Shown here: piece by piece, positions 15,301 through 29,100 of the stretch
How the letters are laid out: the number at the start of each line of letters is the position of its first letter
Position numbering within the stretch: position 1 is the first letter of the stretch
Assembly (NCBI GenBank): GCA_905331295.1
Contig: CAJNYD010000011.1
Span: 1-63,084 of the forward strand
Length of the DNA: 63,084 nt
DNA from: Rotaria socialis
Taxonomy: Eukaryota
Direction of reading: 5' to 3'
Position numbers and translations under genes: made by a program
The notes under the pieces: generated by a model
The model's database searches: none
Told to the model about the DNA's origin: nothing
What the model saw: the letters and a program-made list of their open reading frames with translations, nothing else

Positions 15301-18300
15301 ATTTTATCTAAATAAATTCTTTTGATATAATACATCAACATGAGAGGTCGATCAATAATGCTTATTTGGTTTGTTTATATTTATATACATATATATCCAT
15401 ATATCTGCATAGATATTCTAGCGTGTTAACAAATTTTGGATGTTAGTGTTTCATTAGAATAGGGAGATAAATGTACATTCGCAACGATGATCATTAATCA
15501 TATTTAACCTTGTCCTAAAATATGTGAGTACACATTTTTATACAATATTTCTTCTCGTTGTTCGAAGTATATGTATATGTGATGTTTTCTTTTATTTCGC
15601 CTGATTGCGTCCGCTTGCGCATAAGTCCTGTTGAATCATTCTCTTTTCATCATTAATGTTGTTGATGAGGAAAAAAACGACTGCTTCTCTGTATATTTAC
15701 ATATGTATGATCGTTAAGATATTTGTTGCAGATAGTTAAAAGACATGAATGTAAAACTGTTTTCTTTTCAAATATGAATCATATTGACAATAAATAAATA
15801 CAATGTATACACAGACATATGTATACATATATATACAGTTTATTAGAACAAAAAAGGTGCACTTGGATGTGTCCTTCGATATTTTATATGTCATTATCGA
15901 ATAGAAGGATTAAAAGCATGAAAGACGATATTTTTTATGAATTGATTTCTAGGCAATTATCTGTTCTATTGGTAATACTAGCGGTAACGATGCCTCGACG
16001 TCTATCTTACAGATCTCTAATGATTATTTATTTGTATCGTGCGAACCTTTGCAATAGCATGTCGAATAGCGACTGCCTTCTGCCTGCAAAGATCAGTCGT
16101 TTGTTATCTTTCGGAGCAAGTGTTCTGTTTCATAAAAAAAATAACTCAAAAGAAAAAAGAAGAAAGAAATATGGTGAAAATAAACAGACTGAATTTTTTA
16201 TCTGCTCTAAAAACGTTTCTGTGTATCGAGCAAAGGTCATCTCTTGTTTTTTTCGTGCTTTACAGTTAGCTAATAGACTCTTTTTTATTTTTTATTTTAT
16301 ATGCAACGTAATAACGTATGTGTTTGTCAAATGTGTACATATGTTATCTCGGGGACAGCAATCGCAAACACTTCCCCTTGAAGGTTGCCGTCAAGTGTAG
16401 CATTTTTTTTTGGAGACAGATGCAACTTAGATTTATACGACCTTTGTGTAAAATAGGAAGAAAAAAGTGAAAGTGAGAGAAAGCGTGTGTGTATGTGTAA
16501 GATACATTTTGCCACTCGAAACCGTCTATTTCTAGGCGTAATGTGGGTTTGTGGTAACGTCTCATATGACTATCAAGCACACGCACACATGTGAAAAAAA
16601 AGACATTTATTTCGTTTTGAGGTCATTGAAAATTGTACAGTCGATGCACACGTATGAACATATTTATTGACTATTTAAAGTAAAAAAGCCTTAGAAAAGA
16701 AAAGAACACAAACACCTTTAATAAAAGAAAAAGAAAACGTAAATACATAAAACGGAAGCTGATCAAAGCACCTGAGGAGTTCGTCCCTGAAGATGAAAAT
16801 CACTTTTTATGAGCATTCATGTGAATATGTAAGGCAAGCAATGAGAATTCATAGATACACATTTACATATACTCATAGACACGTCTCTTATCAAGTGGTT
16901 GTGTATGCATTCTATTACATAATACAAGTAAACTGACATCGTTATAATTGATTCTATAGCATTGATCGAAAGGATCGAAGACTTTCTTTTCTTTTCTTTT
17001 TAATAATGTGAATCGACTTTTGCATACAATAGCCAACAACATTGATGGCAAGGTTTTATCCTGTTTGTCATTCCAGACAACAAGAGTTTATCCTATCTAC
17101 TTAGCAATAGCCTTCATGCTGACACTCATTTTGTCGAGGGAAAGTGTGCGTGTATGTGTATGTAAGCATACCAAAAAGCCATTGTCTTAGAAGATAACAG
17201 ACAAATAAACTAAATGTCGAGACGTTCGAATGCTCGAGAATCGGTTTTTTATTTTTATGGGAACCTTATTCTTTGAAATAGTTTTTTTTTTTCATTATCT
17301 CTTCTATATTATTATTAAGTACAACAAAAAATCTCGATTATTAAGTTAGTAGAAATCAATCAAAATCAACCAAACGCATGTTCTCCCTGAAGAGAATCCG
17401 AGTTCTTCCAAAATATGATGTGAATATGTCTTATCAAGGTGACATAATCTTGATTAAGATTAAACGTTATAGGAGAAGAACGTTACATATTTACGTATGC
17501 ATCTATGTGGTAAGCTTTCTTCTTCTCTTTCCTATCGCAATCTAGCGAGTTTTTGACACATCAATCGATTGCGGTTTGTACGTCAATCACCAAAATCCAG
17601 GCCAAAAGCAGTTGCTTTGATCGATCGATTGATCAATGTGTATATTCAGTGTATAGATAAACAAAAAAGAAAAAATAAATATATTTTCTTTTTCTTTTTC
17701 TTTTTTTGGTATACGATCCTCACGCTTACTCCTTCACTTGAAACAACATAACTACAGTAGCTACCTGGCAATTTTCAATGACAGAATTCATATATAAGAT
17801 TTTCTTTCTACCCTTCAAAAGACTAATCATGCTGTTGTTGTTGTTGCACCCGAACGAGTGTCATTAAGCACCGTTTATTCTGATGTCGCTTTCCCTCTCC
17901 AAGACAGCATCATCACGATATAACACCTCTCACCAGGAGAAAAAAATAACAGAAGCAAAATAATGTCCAGTAATAAAAATGGTGACATATCGTTACCAAA
18001 CTCTCTCAGCTTCTTTCAAGGTTGCCTGTCCTGCTGATTCATGTATATATATATATAATGTATGTATGTATATATATATCTATATATGCATATCAGATTT
18101 AATCGCAAACCAGCAGTAATAGAACAAAAAAAGACGAAAGAAAGGTGAAGAAGGAAAACACAAAATAATTACTAAATTGATACAGATCGAAGATCGAATT
18201 ACATCATTATATCACCTTATAGCATACTGTCTCTCAAAGCTGACTTCACTTCACATGCAGCTACATAGATATATAAATATAAATATAAATATTACGAAAT

Positions 18301-18504
18301 AATATGGGACTAAATCAATAAGAATAAATAGTAATGCTTCCTCCTAAGCCCTATCGAAATAATTCAATTTAGTAAAGAATAATACTCACTTGTTGTTATT
18401 ATTGAACTATCTTGATTAATGATCGAGTTTGACAATGATGACGCTAACGAGCAAAGGACAGTAGTAGCAATAGCGGCGAAAACCATAAAGATATCGAAAT
18501 GCAT
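2702..18504 (-). CDS. ADAMTS metalloprotease, GON-1/ADAMTS9/20-like, >30 exons; 3' end uncertain
   Basis: Signal-peptide exon 18390-18504 (MHFDIFMVFAAIATTVLCSLASS) joins in phase to the prodomain exon at 15131. Furin site KRRAKR; zinc motif HEIAHLFGIRHD and Met-turn NIMAT; disintegrin-like domain; central TSP1 (WGEWSSWSPCTRTCG); Cys-rich and spacer domains; then about 17 further TSP1 repeats, mostly one per exon, down to ~3643. The terminal exon is ambiguous (candidate 2702-2778). Confidence 0.93.
11932..12288. mobile_element. Possible degraded hAT-type MITE in an ADAMTS intron
   Basis: Short terminal inverted match cagagatg...catctctg and repeated gaaactc/gaaacta motifs; no clear target-site duplication. 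Confidence 0.3.
12594..13098 (+). mobile_element. Helentron-associated / DINE-1-like non-autonomous element in an ADAMTS intron
   Basis: T-run start; 5' hairpin gtactca-aaaag-tgagtac; GTCC-like microsatellite (gtgtccggtcgaccggctggccgtccgt); 3' sub-TIR-like cagtacacat followed by stem-loop tcggat-gaa-atccga. Removing it leaves a ~60-nt intron typical of this genome. Contains one N at 12812. Confidence 0.7.
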
Positions 18505-20098
18505 CTCAAGCACACGGGCTCACTCAGAAAATTAAAGGCGTTCCGATTGGTCGCCGTGATGAGTGTGACAGATAAAACGTAACAAAAACTGATCAAAAGA
18601 AGGCTGCTGTGGTGACTTCTTTCGGTCGTTGAAAGCCATGGGAGATTCGATAAAACACACCAACGCTTTCAAAACCAACAAGATAGGACACAAATTTGGT
18701 CGAACAAGAGAGCAAGAGAGAGGGAAAAAAAAAAGAAAACAACCACAACAGGGCTACCACAAGAAAGAAGAAAGAGAGCGACAGCGAGAGAGAGAGAGAG
18801 AGAGAAAGAGCCAGAGAGCAAAACACCCGGCGAAACTAGTATTCGACAACGCAAAAAGAAAAGACGGAGAACGAATGAAAGACAGACAAAGCGAGAGAAA
18901 GGAAGAGGTTCTTTTTTTTCCTGTACAGATACCAAACACATTTCAGTTTTTCTCTCTTTCTTCTTTTTTTTCATATCGCTGTTTCTCTTTCTCCCGGTAC
19001 GTTTTGTGTTTTTTTTTCACAGTTACTCTGTCGCTTCGCTTTTTGCTTATTCGCTGTCTGTGACCGCACCAGCAACAAAAAACAACTTACAGGTCGACAT
19101 GAGAGCACCAACGAAGAATATGCAAAAAAAACATACAAGAAAAAACAAAAAGGGTTAAAACGAAATACAAAAGAAAACACCGGAAGACAAATCGTGCATG
19201 CATACATAGGCAAAAATGCATCAATTATACAAAAGACAACTAGTTGCTAATATCCTTGCGATTATTGTGCTTGTTTTTTGAGTCTTTATAAAAAAAAACT
19301 TTTCTGTTTAACGTCGTCTATCATCTAAAAAACGTCACTTCACCTTTGTCTCCAATGTACACTTCAAAATTTATGATAGACAGATAATTTCGTTTATTTG
19401 AATGTATTATTACATTTCATATTGATTTCAGTTAAAAGCAGCTGTACATCGTGCAGTAACGAATGAGATCCAGGGTACAATTATTCATTATTATATATTA
19501 CTATCAAGTCTTGGAGTGCATAAGAAAATATATATTTATATGTGTATAGATATATAAATATAGAGAAGTATTAACGTTGCCATCCGACTGACAATTCTTT
19601 TCCATATATGACTTGAAGGCAAGAAGAAAAGGAACAATATTCTTATGGGCAAGAAATAGGAAATGTTCTAATCGTTGTTACTTCAGTACAAATCATCTTG
19701 TTGGATAAAAAGCAAACGTTCCTTTTCTGTATATCTGTATGACAGAATACTGTCTTGTAAAACAGTTCGCACAAGACCGTCAGATGTTTTCTATTAATAT
19801 TGACTTCTTCGGTTATACGCTTCTTTGAGGCGACTAACGACAAGGACAGGAACGACTGGTAAAAAAATCTGTAATGGCTAGAGAGCAAATGTACCAGAAG
19901 AAAAATAAGAAGAAAAAATCTGCTGTTATAATTGATGAGAATCAATGAAGAACTGCAAAATCCCTCGATTAGTATTACAAAGACAAAGAAAATACCATAA
20001 TTACAGCAAAAAAAAGAGCGAATCAATTTAGATAAATACGTATATCTTCGTAGAAAAATTAGAAAGAATATTTATACAAATAGAAAAATAAATATGCT

Positions 20099-21606
20099 TT
20101 ATTTTTTCTTTTTTGATTTTCCCGATTTTTTCTTCTGTAATTCAACGGGTGTTAGAAGAATTCTTTGTAAATCTATATTCAAAAAAAAAAAGAAAAAGAA
20201 AAGTTAATATTTAGAATGAAAGGTAATGAACAATTATTTTGTTACCATCATAAAGAAAATAGCCATCAGCACAGCTAACTTGCGATAGAATTAGTTCAAT
20301 ATCTTCGTCTGTCCAATCGCAACTTTTCAGTAAATATACAAATTCATCAACCATCAGTTTTGATTTATTTTGTGGGTCAAGAGTTTCAAATGCTTCTTGT
20401 AATTGTTGTTTATCATTTTCAAGTGGTATCCAGTATTCATGAACAGCTGTCAGAAAATCAGCAAATGATAAATGATCATCTGATGGTTTTATATCTGTGT
20501 CAAGATAAATAAAATGGAGACTTTGTTATTATTAATTCTTCTTTATAGGAATTCAAATATAATCAACAAATATTGAATGAAAGAAAAACAAATATATTTA
20601 AACTATTTTTGTTATATTTGAAGTTTTAAGGATTCATTTATAGACTATTGCCTATTTACGTACCATCCTCGTCTTCATCTTCTTGAGGAACTCTAATTTT
20701 AATTGCTTTCGCTTTTTCAGTCAAATCTTTAATAACATCCTCGGTTGGATTTTGACCAGAATGACGAAAAGCATCACCGACATCTTCTATACGAATATAA
20801 TCATTTTTTTTAGCCAATTTTTTAAAACCAACTTTAAGTACTAGAATCAATAAAACAATAGATATTATGAAATGCAAAGAAAACATTTTCTATTATCACA
20901 GAGATTAAAATATTTGCAAAATAAGAAAAAACAAGAAAATGAAAAGGTGCCTTTGTTAGAATATATTTTTATACGTTCTATTTTTGCTATGATGATGTTA
21001 AGAATATGTATATATATATATATATATTTTTTTTTTCATATCAATGTGAATTGTTATAATTCTTTTAGTTATTCGAACTGTGCAGTATTTTGGAATTCTA
21101 TCTTGGTTAATATAAATATTCGAATCAGATTTCTAGACATTATAAATGCATTCGAATAGTTTAGAATAACATCTGTCTATATTTGCATGCATTATCTCAA
21201 TAATGCCTTTATGCCATGAAGAGGCAAATTTAGCTTCGACAGCTGCAATATTTCACATTTTGTTTATCTTGATAGTTCTTATATTTGTTCTTATAATAAA
21301 ATAAATGCTAATAATTATGTAAAGAAAGAGAAAAAAGCCAAAAAAAATTTTCAATATCAAAAATGAATAACTTACATTCTCGAGCACTTTCATCTAACAT
21401 AAGCTCGGCACTGACTGTCGTTTGACCAAGGTCATTTCCTGCTCCCTAAAGCAAAATAAAAATAAAAATAAAATAAAATTATTAATTTAAGTTTAATTAT
21501 TCATAATAATTACAAGAAAATCAGTCGTATTATTTAATGGAGCAGTCAATGTTTGATCCATGGTATGAGATTGACGAAAACTATCAGTTCGATCATCAGA
21601 ATCCAT
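20099..21606 (-). CDS. Divergent EF-hand protein (calmodulin / myosin light chain-like), 5 exons
   Basis: Hand-spliced path MDSDDRT...DAFRHSGQNPTEDVIKDL...LSFADFLTAV...LQEAFETLDPQNKSKLMVDEF...KKSGKSKKKK-stop. GQNPT is the calmodulin/myosin light chain linker signature; all introns GT-AG. Confidence 0.85.
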
Positions 21607-21686
21607 TGTAGAAAAATTTTCCGTAATTCTTCAATCCTTTTACTTTATGAATGGTAATACACTAATGCCGTGCTCGTAACTTAAGC

Positions 21687-21701
21687 GTTGCTACGGTGAA
21701 C
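21687..21701. promoter_or_regulatory. Putative RFX X-box in the bidirectional promoter of the EF-hand and DUF1295 genes
   Basis: GTTGCTACGGTGAAC resembles the X-box consensus GTNRCC(N0-3)RGYAAC and lies ~80 nt upstream of the EF-hand ATG. Confidence 0.4.
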
Positions 21702-21946
21702 CTTCGTTGTTATTGACGAATAAAAGAAACAACGAATCGTGTAATTTTTTTTCTTTCTTCTCTATCGTTCTTTTTTAGTTTTGTTATTATCGTCACATTT
21801 GCTTATTTATTTTTTTTACTTCATCGTGAAAGTTAAAAGCAGCTTCGTGCTGTGACATGCACAGACGTGCACGCCTCATATAAACTGCTATTTTGATCCT
21901 TATATTTTATTTTATTGTGCGTTTGTTTGTGTCTTGTTGAAGAAAT

Positions 21947-22843
21947 ATGAAATTACCATCGTCTCCTGTAATTGTTTATTTGATGATTTATTCTTTCTCA
22001 TTTTTATTATCAATTATTTTACACTTTATCTTACTTCCATCGATTTCATCACCATTATATCGGGTTTATGTTATTGACTTCTGTATTACATGTATTCTAT
22101 TTTTTATTGGTAATTATGTTTTTTCATCAAACAATATTTATGACCTTCATTGGCCTCTGATTCCATTGATATGTTCTATATACTTCAATTTTACATTGAA
22201 TTCACTTGAACCTTTTTCATTTAAACGTCTTTCACTTATTATTTTTATATGTATATGGTCATCACATTTAGTGTGGCAAACATTATTTTCATCAGATAAT
22301 ATTCATCATGAAGATTGGCGTTATCAATTGATGAGAAGAAAATATGAAAACAATTTTTATTTATTTGCATTTTTCTTTTTACATTTATTACCCATGCTTG
22401 AAGTCTTAATCGGTTCATCATCGATCTATTACATCTATACTAATACTCATGTATATGGAAATTTAACGATGATGGATATTTTATTATTGTTAATTATTTT
22501 TTCCGGTGTTCTATTGGAAAATATTGCTGATAATCAATTATCAACATTTCGACTTTATAAACAAAAATCAAAGGAACAACGATTTTCTGTTTTATCAGCC
22601 GGTCTTTGGAAATATAGTCGTCATCCAAATTATCTCGGTGAAATAATATTTTGGTGGGGTCTATTTTTTCTTGGTTACTATTATAATGCGCCCTTTTGGT
22701 GTGCACTTGGTCCATTACTCATTAATTTAATGATGTATTTTGGCTCGATACCAATGACTGAAGAACGTTTATTTAGAAAGTATCCCGAATATAAATTTAT
22801 TCAAAAACGAGTATCAACTCTCATTCCAACATTTGGCTACTAG
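21947..22843 (+). CDS. DUF1295 family membrane protein (steroid 5-alpha-reductase / ICMT-like), intronless
   Basis: 298-aa multi-TM ORF with the family motifs YDLHW, HEDWRY, ENIADNQL, GLWKYSRHPNYLGEIIFWWG and SIPMTEER. Confidence 0.9.
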   Translation: MKLPSSPVIVYLMIYSFSFLLSIILHFILLPSISSPLYRVYVIDFCITCILFFIGNYVFSSNNIYDLHWPLIPLICSIYFNFTLNSLEPFSFKRLSLIIFICIWSSHLVWQTLFSSDNIHHEDWRYQLMRRKYENNFYLFAFFFLHLLPMLEVLIGSSSIYYIYTNTHVYGNLTMMDILLLLIIFSGVLLENIADNQLSTFRLYKQKSKEQRFSVLSAGLWKYSRHPNYLGEIIFWWGLFFLGYYYNAPFWCALGPLLINLMMYFGSIPMTEERLFRKYPEYKFIQKRVSTLIPTFGY

Positions 22844-23159
22844 AAGAAGAAAATTTAACTTTATTTTTTTATTATATTCCCATAGTTTACGATCAGATAA
22901 AAATTATTCGTTGAATGTATTTTATTTCTTCCTTCTTGTTTCTTTTTTCTTCTTGGTGGTTTGTGTTCTTTCATGCAGCTGTAGACATTAAACAAATATA
23001 TACATACAACGAAACGAAATACAAAATTATTCGTGACTAATAGAACACGAATGAATCACATTTATATGTAATTTTCGTTACAAAAAAAAGTTCGAAAATC
23101 CTCTAGTACAAATATTATTATTATTATTATGCATACGATCAGTTTAGAAAACTGCTAAG

Positions 23160-26100
23160 TCAACGTTTTGGCTCGAAAGAACAGAAAAAACTATAATTAT
23201 TATAATCAAGTACTGATGCCGATTCAATAGAACTTAAATTTGATGCTATTGAGCCGTCACCTTCATATTGATATCGTAATTGTGTATCATTAGCATAAGA
23301 TACAGTTTGATCATTCATTTTTTGTTGAATATAAATACCAAGTGATGGTTGATAATAAATCCTTGAATCAGAATCATCTTCAACAAAACAGACATAAAAT
23401 GCATACTATTCAAATATTTATTTATTTCGATTATTCATACTTGACAGGTGATTATTAAATATACTGTTACTGTCTGACAATGTATGTACCGGTTTTTTTA
23501 ATACATGAAGGTCATAACTCGAGTGATCTTCTTCTCCATCAGGTTGTCTAGAGAGAAAGAAAAGAAGCACGATATTAATTGATAAGTTACATATGAAAGA
23601 TATTAAAATAAGAAAGAAATAGTTACATCGATAATTGATAATATTTTTATATCTAAAAGCATTCTTTTCTATCATCTTGTTTTTCTTTTTTTTGCTACTT
23701 GGCATTAACTTCGATATGTAAAGATTCATGGTGGAATATAAGGCATATTGATCAAGATCCGACAAGTAATTCACTGGCTATAATCAAGTTATCTACTCGC
23801 AAGGTTCTTTTTATTCAAAGATATTAATTAGCATAGATTACATATTTATTGATATTAATGCAAGCATTGACATTGGCTTTCGGTGCATTCAATCACCTAA
23901 ATTTTCTAGATAAGAACAACTTAGATTAATCAATCATTCAAATGAACTCAATTCTAGCAAAGCCAATTTCATATATATTCAAGTTTCTATTTAGATTTAT
24001 AGATATTTTATATTGAGCGTCTTTCTTACTTATCATGAATTATATTATCTCTGATATCATTTGGACATAATCTGATTGGTGTTTTTAGTTGTATTCTTTT
24101 TCTTATAAATATCAATAAAGCTATTGATAACATTGTTGCTAATAGTAATAAAACAAGTATAAAAGTTAGCCACGTATACCAAGGAATAATGATATCTGTA
24201 AGACGATTTCTTGTAACACATGAATTTGTAATAGAACATGGACATTGACCATAATTCGAATTAGTTGATGACAATGTTTTAGACATATCAAGATAATAAC
24301 CATTGGATAAAACATTTCGTATACAACCTTTAAATGTATTTGTTGATGTTAATGATGGATAAAGACTTGCTGTGGGCGGATCTATCGTAGGCAAACCACC
24401 AAGATATAATTCGACCGTTGACAGATCATATACATTTGAATTATTATTATTATTTAATTCGAAGTAATACTGTTGATCATTAATTGATACAAGAACTGTC
24501 GAATCAACGAACTGAAAAGAAAAAATCAATTAAATAAAATATTGATTTATTTCGTGTAGAAAACAACCAACCTGACATTCCACATGATACCATATCGATG
24601 AATTCAATATAGGTCTATCTGCATCGAGCATTTGATTTTGAAAATGAAATTTCAATTTTTCTTGATAAATTTCAATGGCTATCCAAAAAAAATCATCCGC
24701 TCGTGATGAATTTCTTCCATATAATAAAATTAAACTATCAACTATTTGTGATCGTACAATAAAATCAAACGAAAAACGTGCCGGAGCAATATTGGAAAAT
24801 TTTGTACCAGCGTAGCTTGCATATCCACCTGAATTCTCATCAAATGTTCGTCCAAGTATTTCACAGCATGGCCCTATTGGACCATATGATAATAATGAAA
24901 TCGATGAACAAGATGTTAAATTATTAAATGTAGTTGTGACACATTCATTGGGTTTATTTGTTAAATCAACAGTATACGTAGAATTTAAACAATCAGCTGA
25001 ATCAAGAATATTAATACCAACAAAAGATGTTAAATTTGTATCAACAGTGAAAGGTATTGCTCCAATGGTTCTTGTTGGGCGACAACTTGTACCTTGGAAA
25101 AAAAGTGATTTTTGATAAATTTTTAACGCATTAAAATCTTTGAAAAAGATGATTTAACTAAATACTCATCGCTGACTAATGTACTTGTTTACGATAAACT
25201 CGCACAATTTTAAAACTCTATTGAATAGATAAGAAACTTTTCCCAGTATTTTTTTCTAGGTAGCGATTTACAAAGAAAAGAACAGCATATTTTACCTCTA
25301 GGGCAAAGATAATTGTTACACGGGTTCGGTCCACTAGCTACAGCTTTGATTTTAAAACGTGATTGAAATAAATCAAGATTTGCATTTAGTATATGTTCAA
25401 CTTCAAACTGATTGAAAGCCGGTACATAAAAAATGACATCAGTCAATGTTTCGTTTTTATCAAGTTCGAAAGGTTTTGGTAGATCATATGGATTTCGATA
25501 TTGAAACACGCGGCGTATTGCAAGTATTTTTATTGAATGAATATTCACAAATAAGAATGATGCCAGTGCATTAAGAAGTCTGTCAAGAGGATAGCCGAGT
25601 GTCGGATCAATTAATGTCTCAGGATATTCACCTGAAAAATACGGCGACAAAATATGGTAGATTTTTAAAATTAATTAATATATTATTTACCCTGAATACG
25701 AATTGTTGATGCTTGTCGAACATGTTCACTATTAATTGCTTCAACATCAAGTTGAATTCTACTTGAAGCCGATGATTCAATATTGGGTTTTGTAACATCA
25801 ACATCAACGGTATACGAGCCTGGCTCTAATGTTTCTGCTGCACTTAAAATACCGTTTGAAACATTAAATATTTGTCCACGACTAACATGTCTTATTGAAT
25901 AAAATCTATCAGCTCGATACCAATCATTTAAATCATTAACATAAACCGAACCAAGATCAATATTGCGTAATGAATTTTGATAACTATTTACATAGACAAC
26001 TTTAATCGTTTTCGAACCATTCGATATTGGATATGCATTGAAATCATCGCTAATAACAATTGAAATCGATGTTATTCTATTGACACCTTTATTATCACTT

Positions 26101-29100
26101 GCATTGAATGTCACAGTTAAATTTTTTGTCAATGTACGATTTAAAATACCATTATATAACAATTTATAGGACACTTTAGATTTTATTGTTGAACCAATAA
26201 GTTTAAAATTCGATGGATTAACAATGTCAGCTCTGTAAGGAATAGTATTATTTTCTTCTGGGTCGTCATAATCTTGAAAAATCATGTCGATACTTGAATT
26301 GATACCTTCTTTCATAATCCACGGAGAATTCTGAATCAAACAAAACAAAACAAAAAAAATAAACAAACGATTCTAAAAAACTTGTTACCGTCGGTATTGG
26401 TGCTTTGTTATTCTTATCAATTACTTTTATGCTAACTGGTACATAACTTGATACACCTGATCTATCTTCATCAGTAACGCGTATTGCAAAATTGTATATA
26501 GAATTACCAAATGGAAGATCACGAGACAGACCAGGTGAATTGATGCCAATTGTAATTTGGTTATTTATTTCGTGTAGAAACAAATTATTTAGAGTTGAAG
26601 GATGCTTATTATCATAGATTTCATAATGAAGAAGTGATTTTGGATTGTCAGTATCAATTGCTTGAATCTATGCGAGGAAAAAACATATATTTTATAGTTC
26701 TAGAAGTGAATTATGAATAATTTGCTGAATCTTTTCGTGTACTAATGATATGCATGGTAGAAAAAAACCGGCGACTAAGCCTTTTCAATTATCAGTAAAT
26801 TGTATAACGAAAAGACCAATTATTTTTTCGTTTTAATATATGCAAAACATTCAATAGTCTAGATCAACAGATGCTCCTTTAGTAGTTCGAGAGATTGAAA
26901 AGCTGGATTTCTAGGAAATTTCGTTTCATAAAAATCGAGCATTACTCATCACAGATAAATTGATTTCTCATATTTCACCATTGTAAGATTAAGTAGAAAC
27001 TCTAGAAATTGGTCGCGCAGATCACTAATAAGAAAATATTTTCAAACTATCTAAACCTTATACAATAACTTACAATTTGTCCATCGAGTTTTGGATATGA
27101 AGTTTCGTCAACTACTTCATATTGATAGGATGTGTAACCAGGCATTAAATCGAAATAAGGTGCTTTTGTATTTTGTGGAAACAAATTAACTGTTACATTT
27201 ATTGTTGCTATATTTTTTGTATCGAATGCAAATAAAATCAATCTATAATCTGGTAGTAATTCAAAATCTAATGGAGCAATAAGCTTTAGTTGTCCTATAG
27301 CTTCATACTGTGTACGCATTGAATTTGCTGAATTATCGGCAAACAACGTAAATATAAAAGTATTTCGAATATTTCCATTTAATATTCCTAAATTTAGATT
27401 TGTATTTATATCTAAATCAGTTATTGTTAAATTAAGGATATTAGTTCCAATGGCTGTTGTTTCATTAATAAAAACGTTTATTGCTGTTGATCCATTGTTA
27501 AAAACTAAAATTAAAAAAATCAGAGTGTCTCCTTGATTTTCGACCCCTCAATAAAAGTTACTTGGCTGCTTATCATTAATACTTATAACTTGTATATCGA
27601 ATTGAAAATCTTGTGAATTTTGTATGACGGAATTCCATGCTGGTACGTCATTATATGCTGTAATAAATAATCGATACAATGTTCTATTAGTTTCTTTTCC
27701 GAATATCGTATTTGTCCATATTGTACCATCAGATTCGACATGAAATTTTCCAATAGCTTCACTATCGCTTAATTGTTGATTTAAACGATATTGAACATAA
27801 CTATTATGAAAATCAAAATCGCGATCAACTGCTTGAATCTGTGCAATTGTACGATTTCCATTTTCCTGTTCAATAACACTCAGAACAATTGAACGAATGT
27901 CAAATGTTGGAATTTGATCGTTTTCATCCTTGATCGTTATTGTTATTGCACCAATTAATGGTGGATTCACAAGGACACGAATATGAAGTAAATAAACATT
28001 TTGAATTTCAGCATGAAGACCACTAGACGATAAACAAATATTCTCTAACGACTAAGTTACAATATTTGAGAAAAATCAAACACACAGTTTTATTTATATT
28101 TCGTAAGACATCATTGTTAGTCTACCTAATTTACTCTATTTATATAAACTTGAGTTCAAATATTCACATCCAACATAAATATTTATATAAATTAAAAAGT
28201 AGCGTCTCAATTTTTTCATGTCGATTTACATCCTTTGAATTATGCTTTGTATTCTAATCTCGTAAAAACTAAGTGGATAGGTTTTGTTTCCTATATGAGC
28301 GTGTATTTCTCTAAATTCACTATGCCGTTCCTATAAGAATACAATCACTAGCTATTGTAGGAAAATTACTATTTGCCTTTATATTCTAAAAATATTGAAA
28401 TCATTGACTTAGTCAATCACATCGCATACTAAAGGAATTACTGATCACAAAATATCAGTCGTATAGAAATAATCTAAATTCTTACCTAGTAACAGTAATA
28501 CCACTACTAAATATTCGTCCATTTCTTATAAGAGGTGTATCACGAAAAGGTATATTTGTATTATCAGAAAATGGACTACTGACAGTCATTATCGATGGAG
28601 TTTGTGACGATAATTCATACATAATAGATCCGTTAAAACCTTGATCAAAATCAAATATTGGTTGATTTGTATAACTTTCATAAAATTTTTCTGTTATTGA
28701 AATACTTAACTCTTCATAACGCGTATCAAGCCATCGGGCTGCTGAAGGTTCATCACTGTCATCGAGATGAATTGTTACTGTTGCATTATTTTTACTCAGT
28801 AGCGGTGGTGTACCGCGATCTTGTGCATAAACATAAAATGTTATTGGAAAACGGCTAATATTTAAATTAGCTAAATTGCCAACATTACTAAGAAATGTAA
28901 TTGTTCCAGATGTACGATTTATTGAAAAATATGGAAGATTAGGCGTTCCAATATAATAATGAATCATTCCATTCAGACCAGAATCAGCATCCGACGCTAC
29001 TATGCGTAAAAGACGTGTATGAGTTGCATTCATAGATGAACGATGTATTGTATAATGCCACGATGTCATAATGAATACTAAATAATCCAAACTTAAAAAT

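Noticed and set aside
15819..17751. ORFs up to 193 aa inside the first ADAMTS intron
   Set aside because: Low-complexity F/I/K-rich translations with no motifs or consistent splice structure; likely chance.
18593..19213. Cluster of ORFs upstream of ADAMTS
   Set aside because: Arise from (GA)n and A/T tracts in the probable promoter or 5' UTR.
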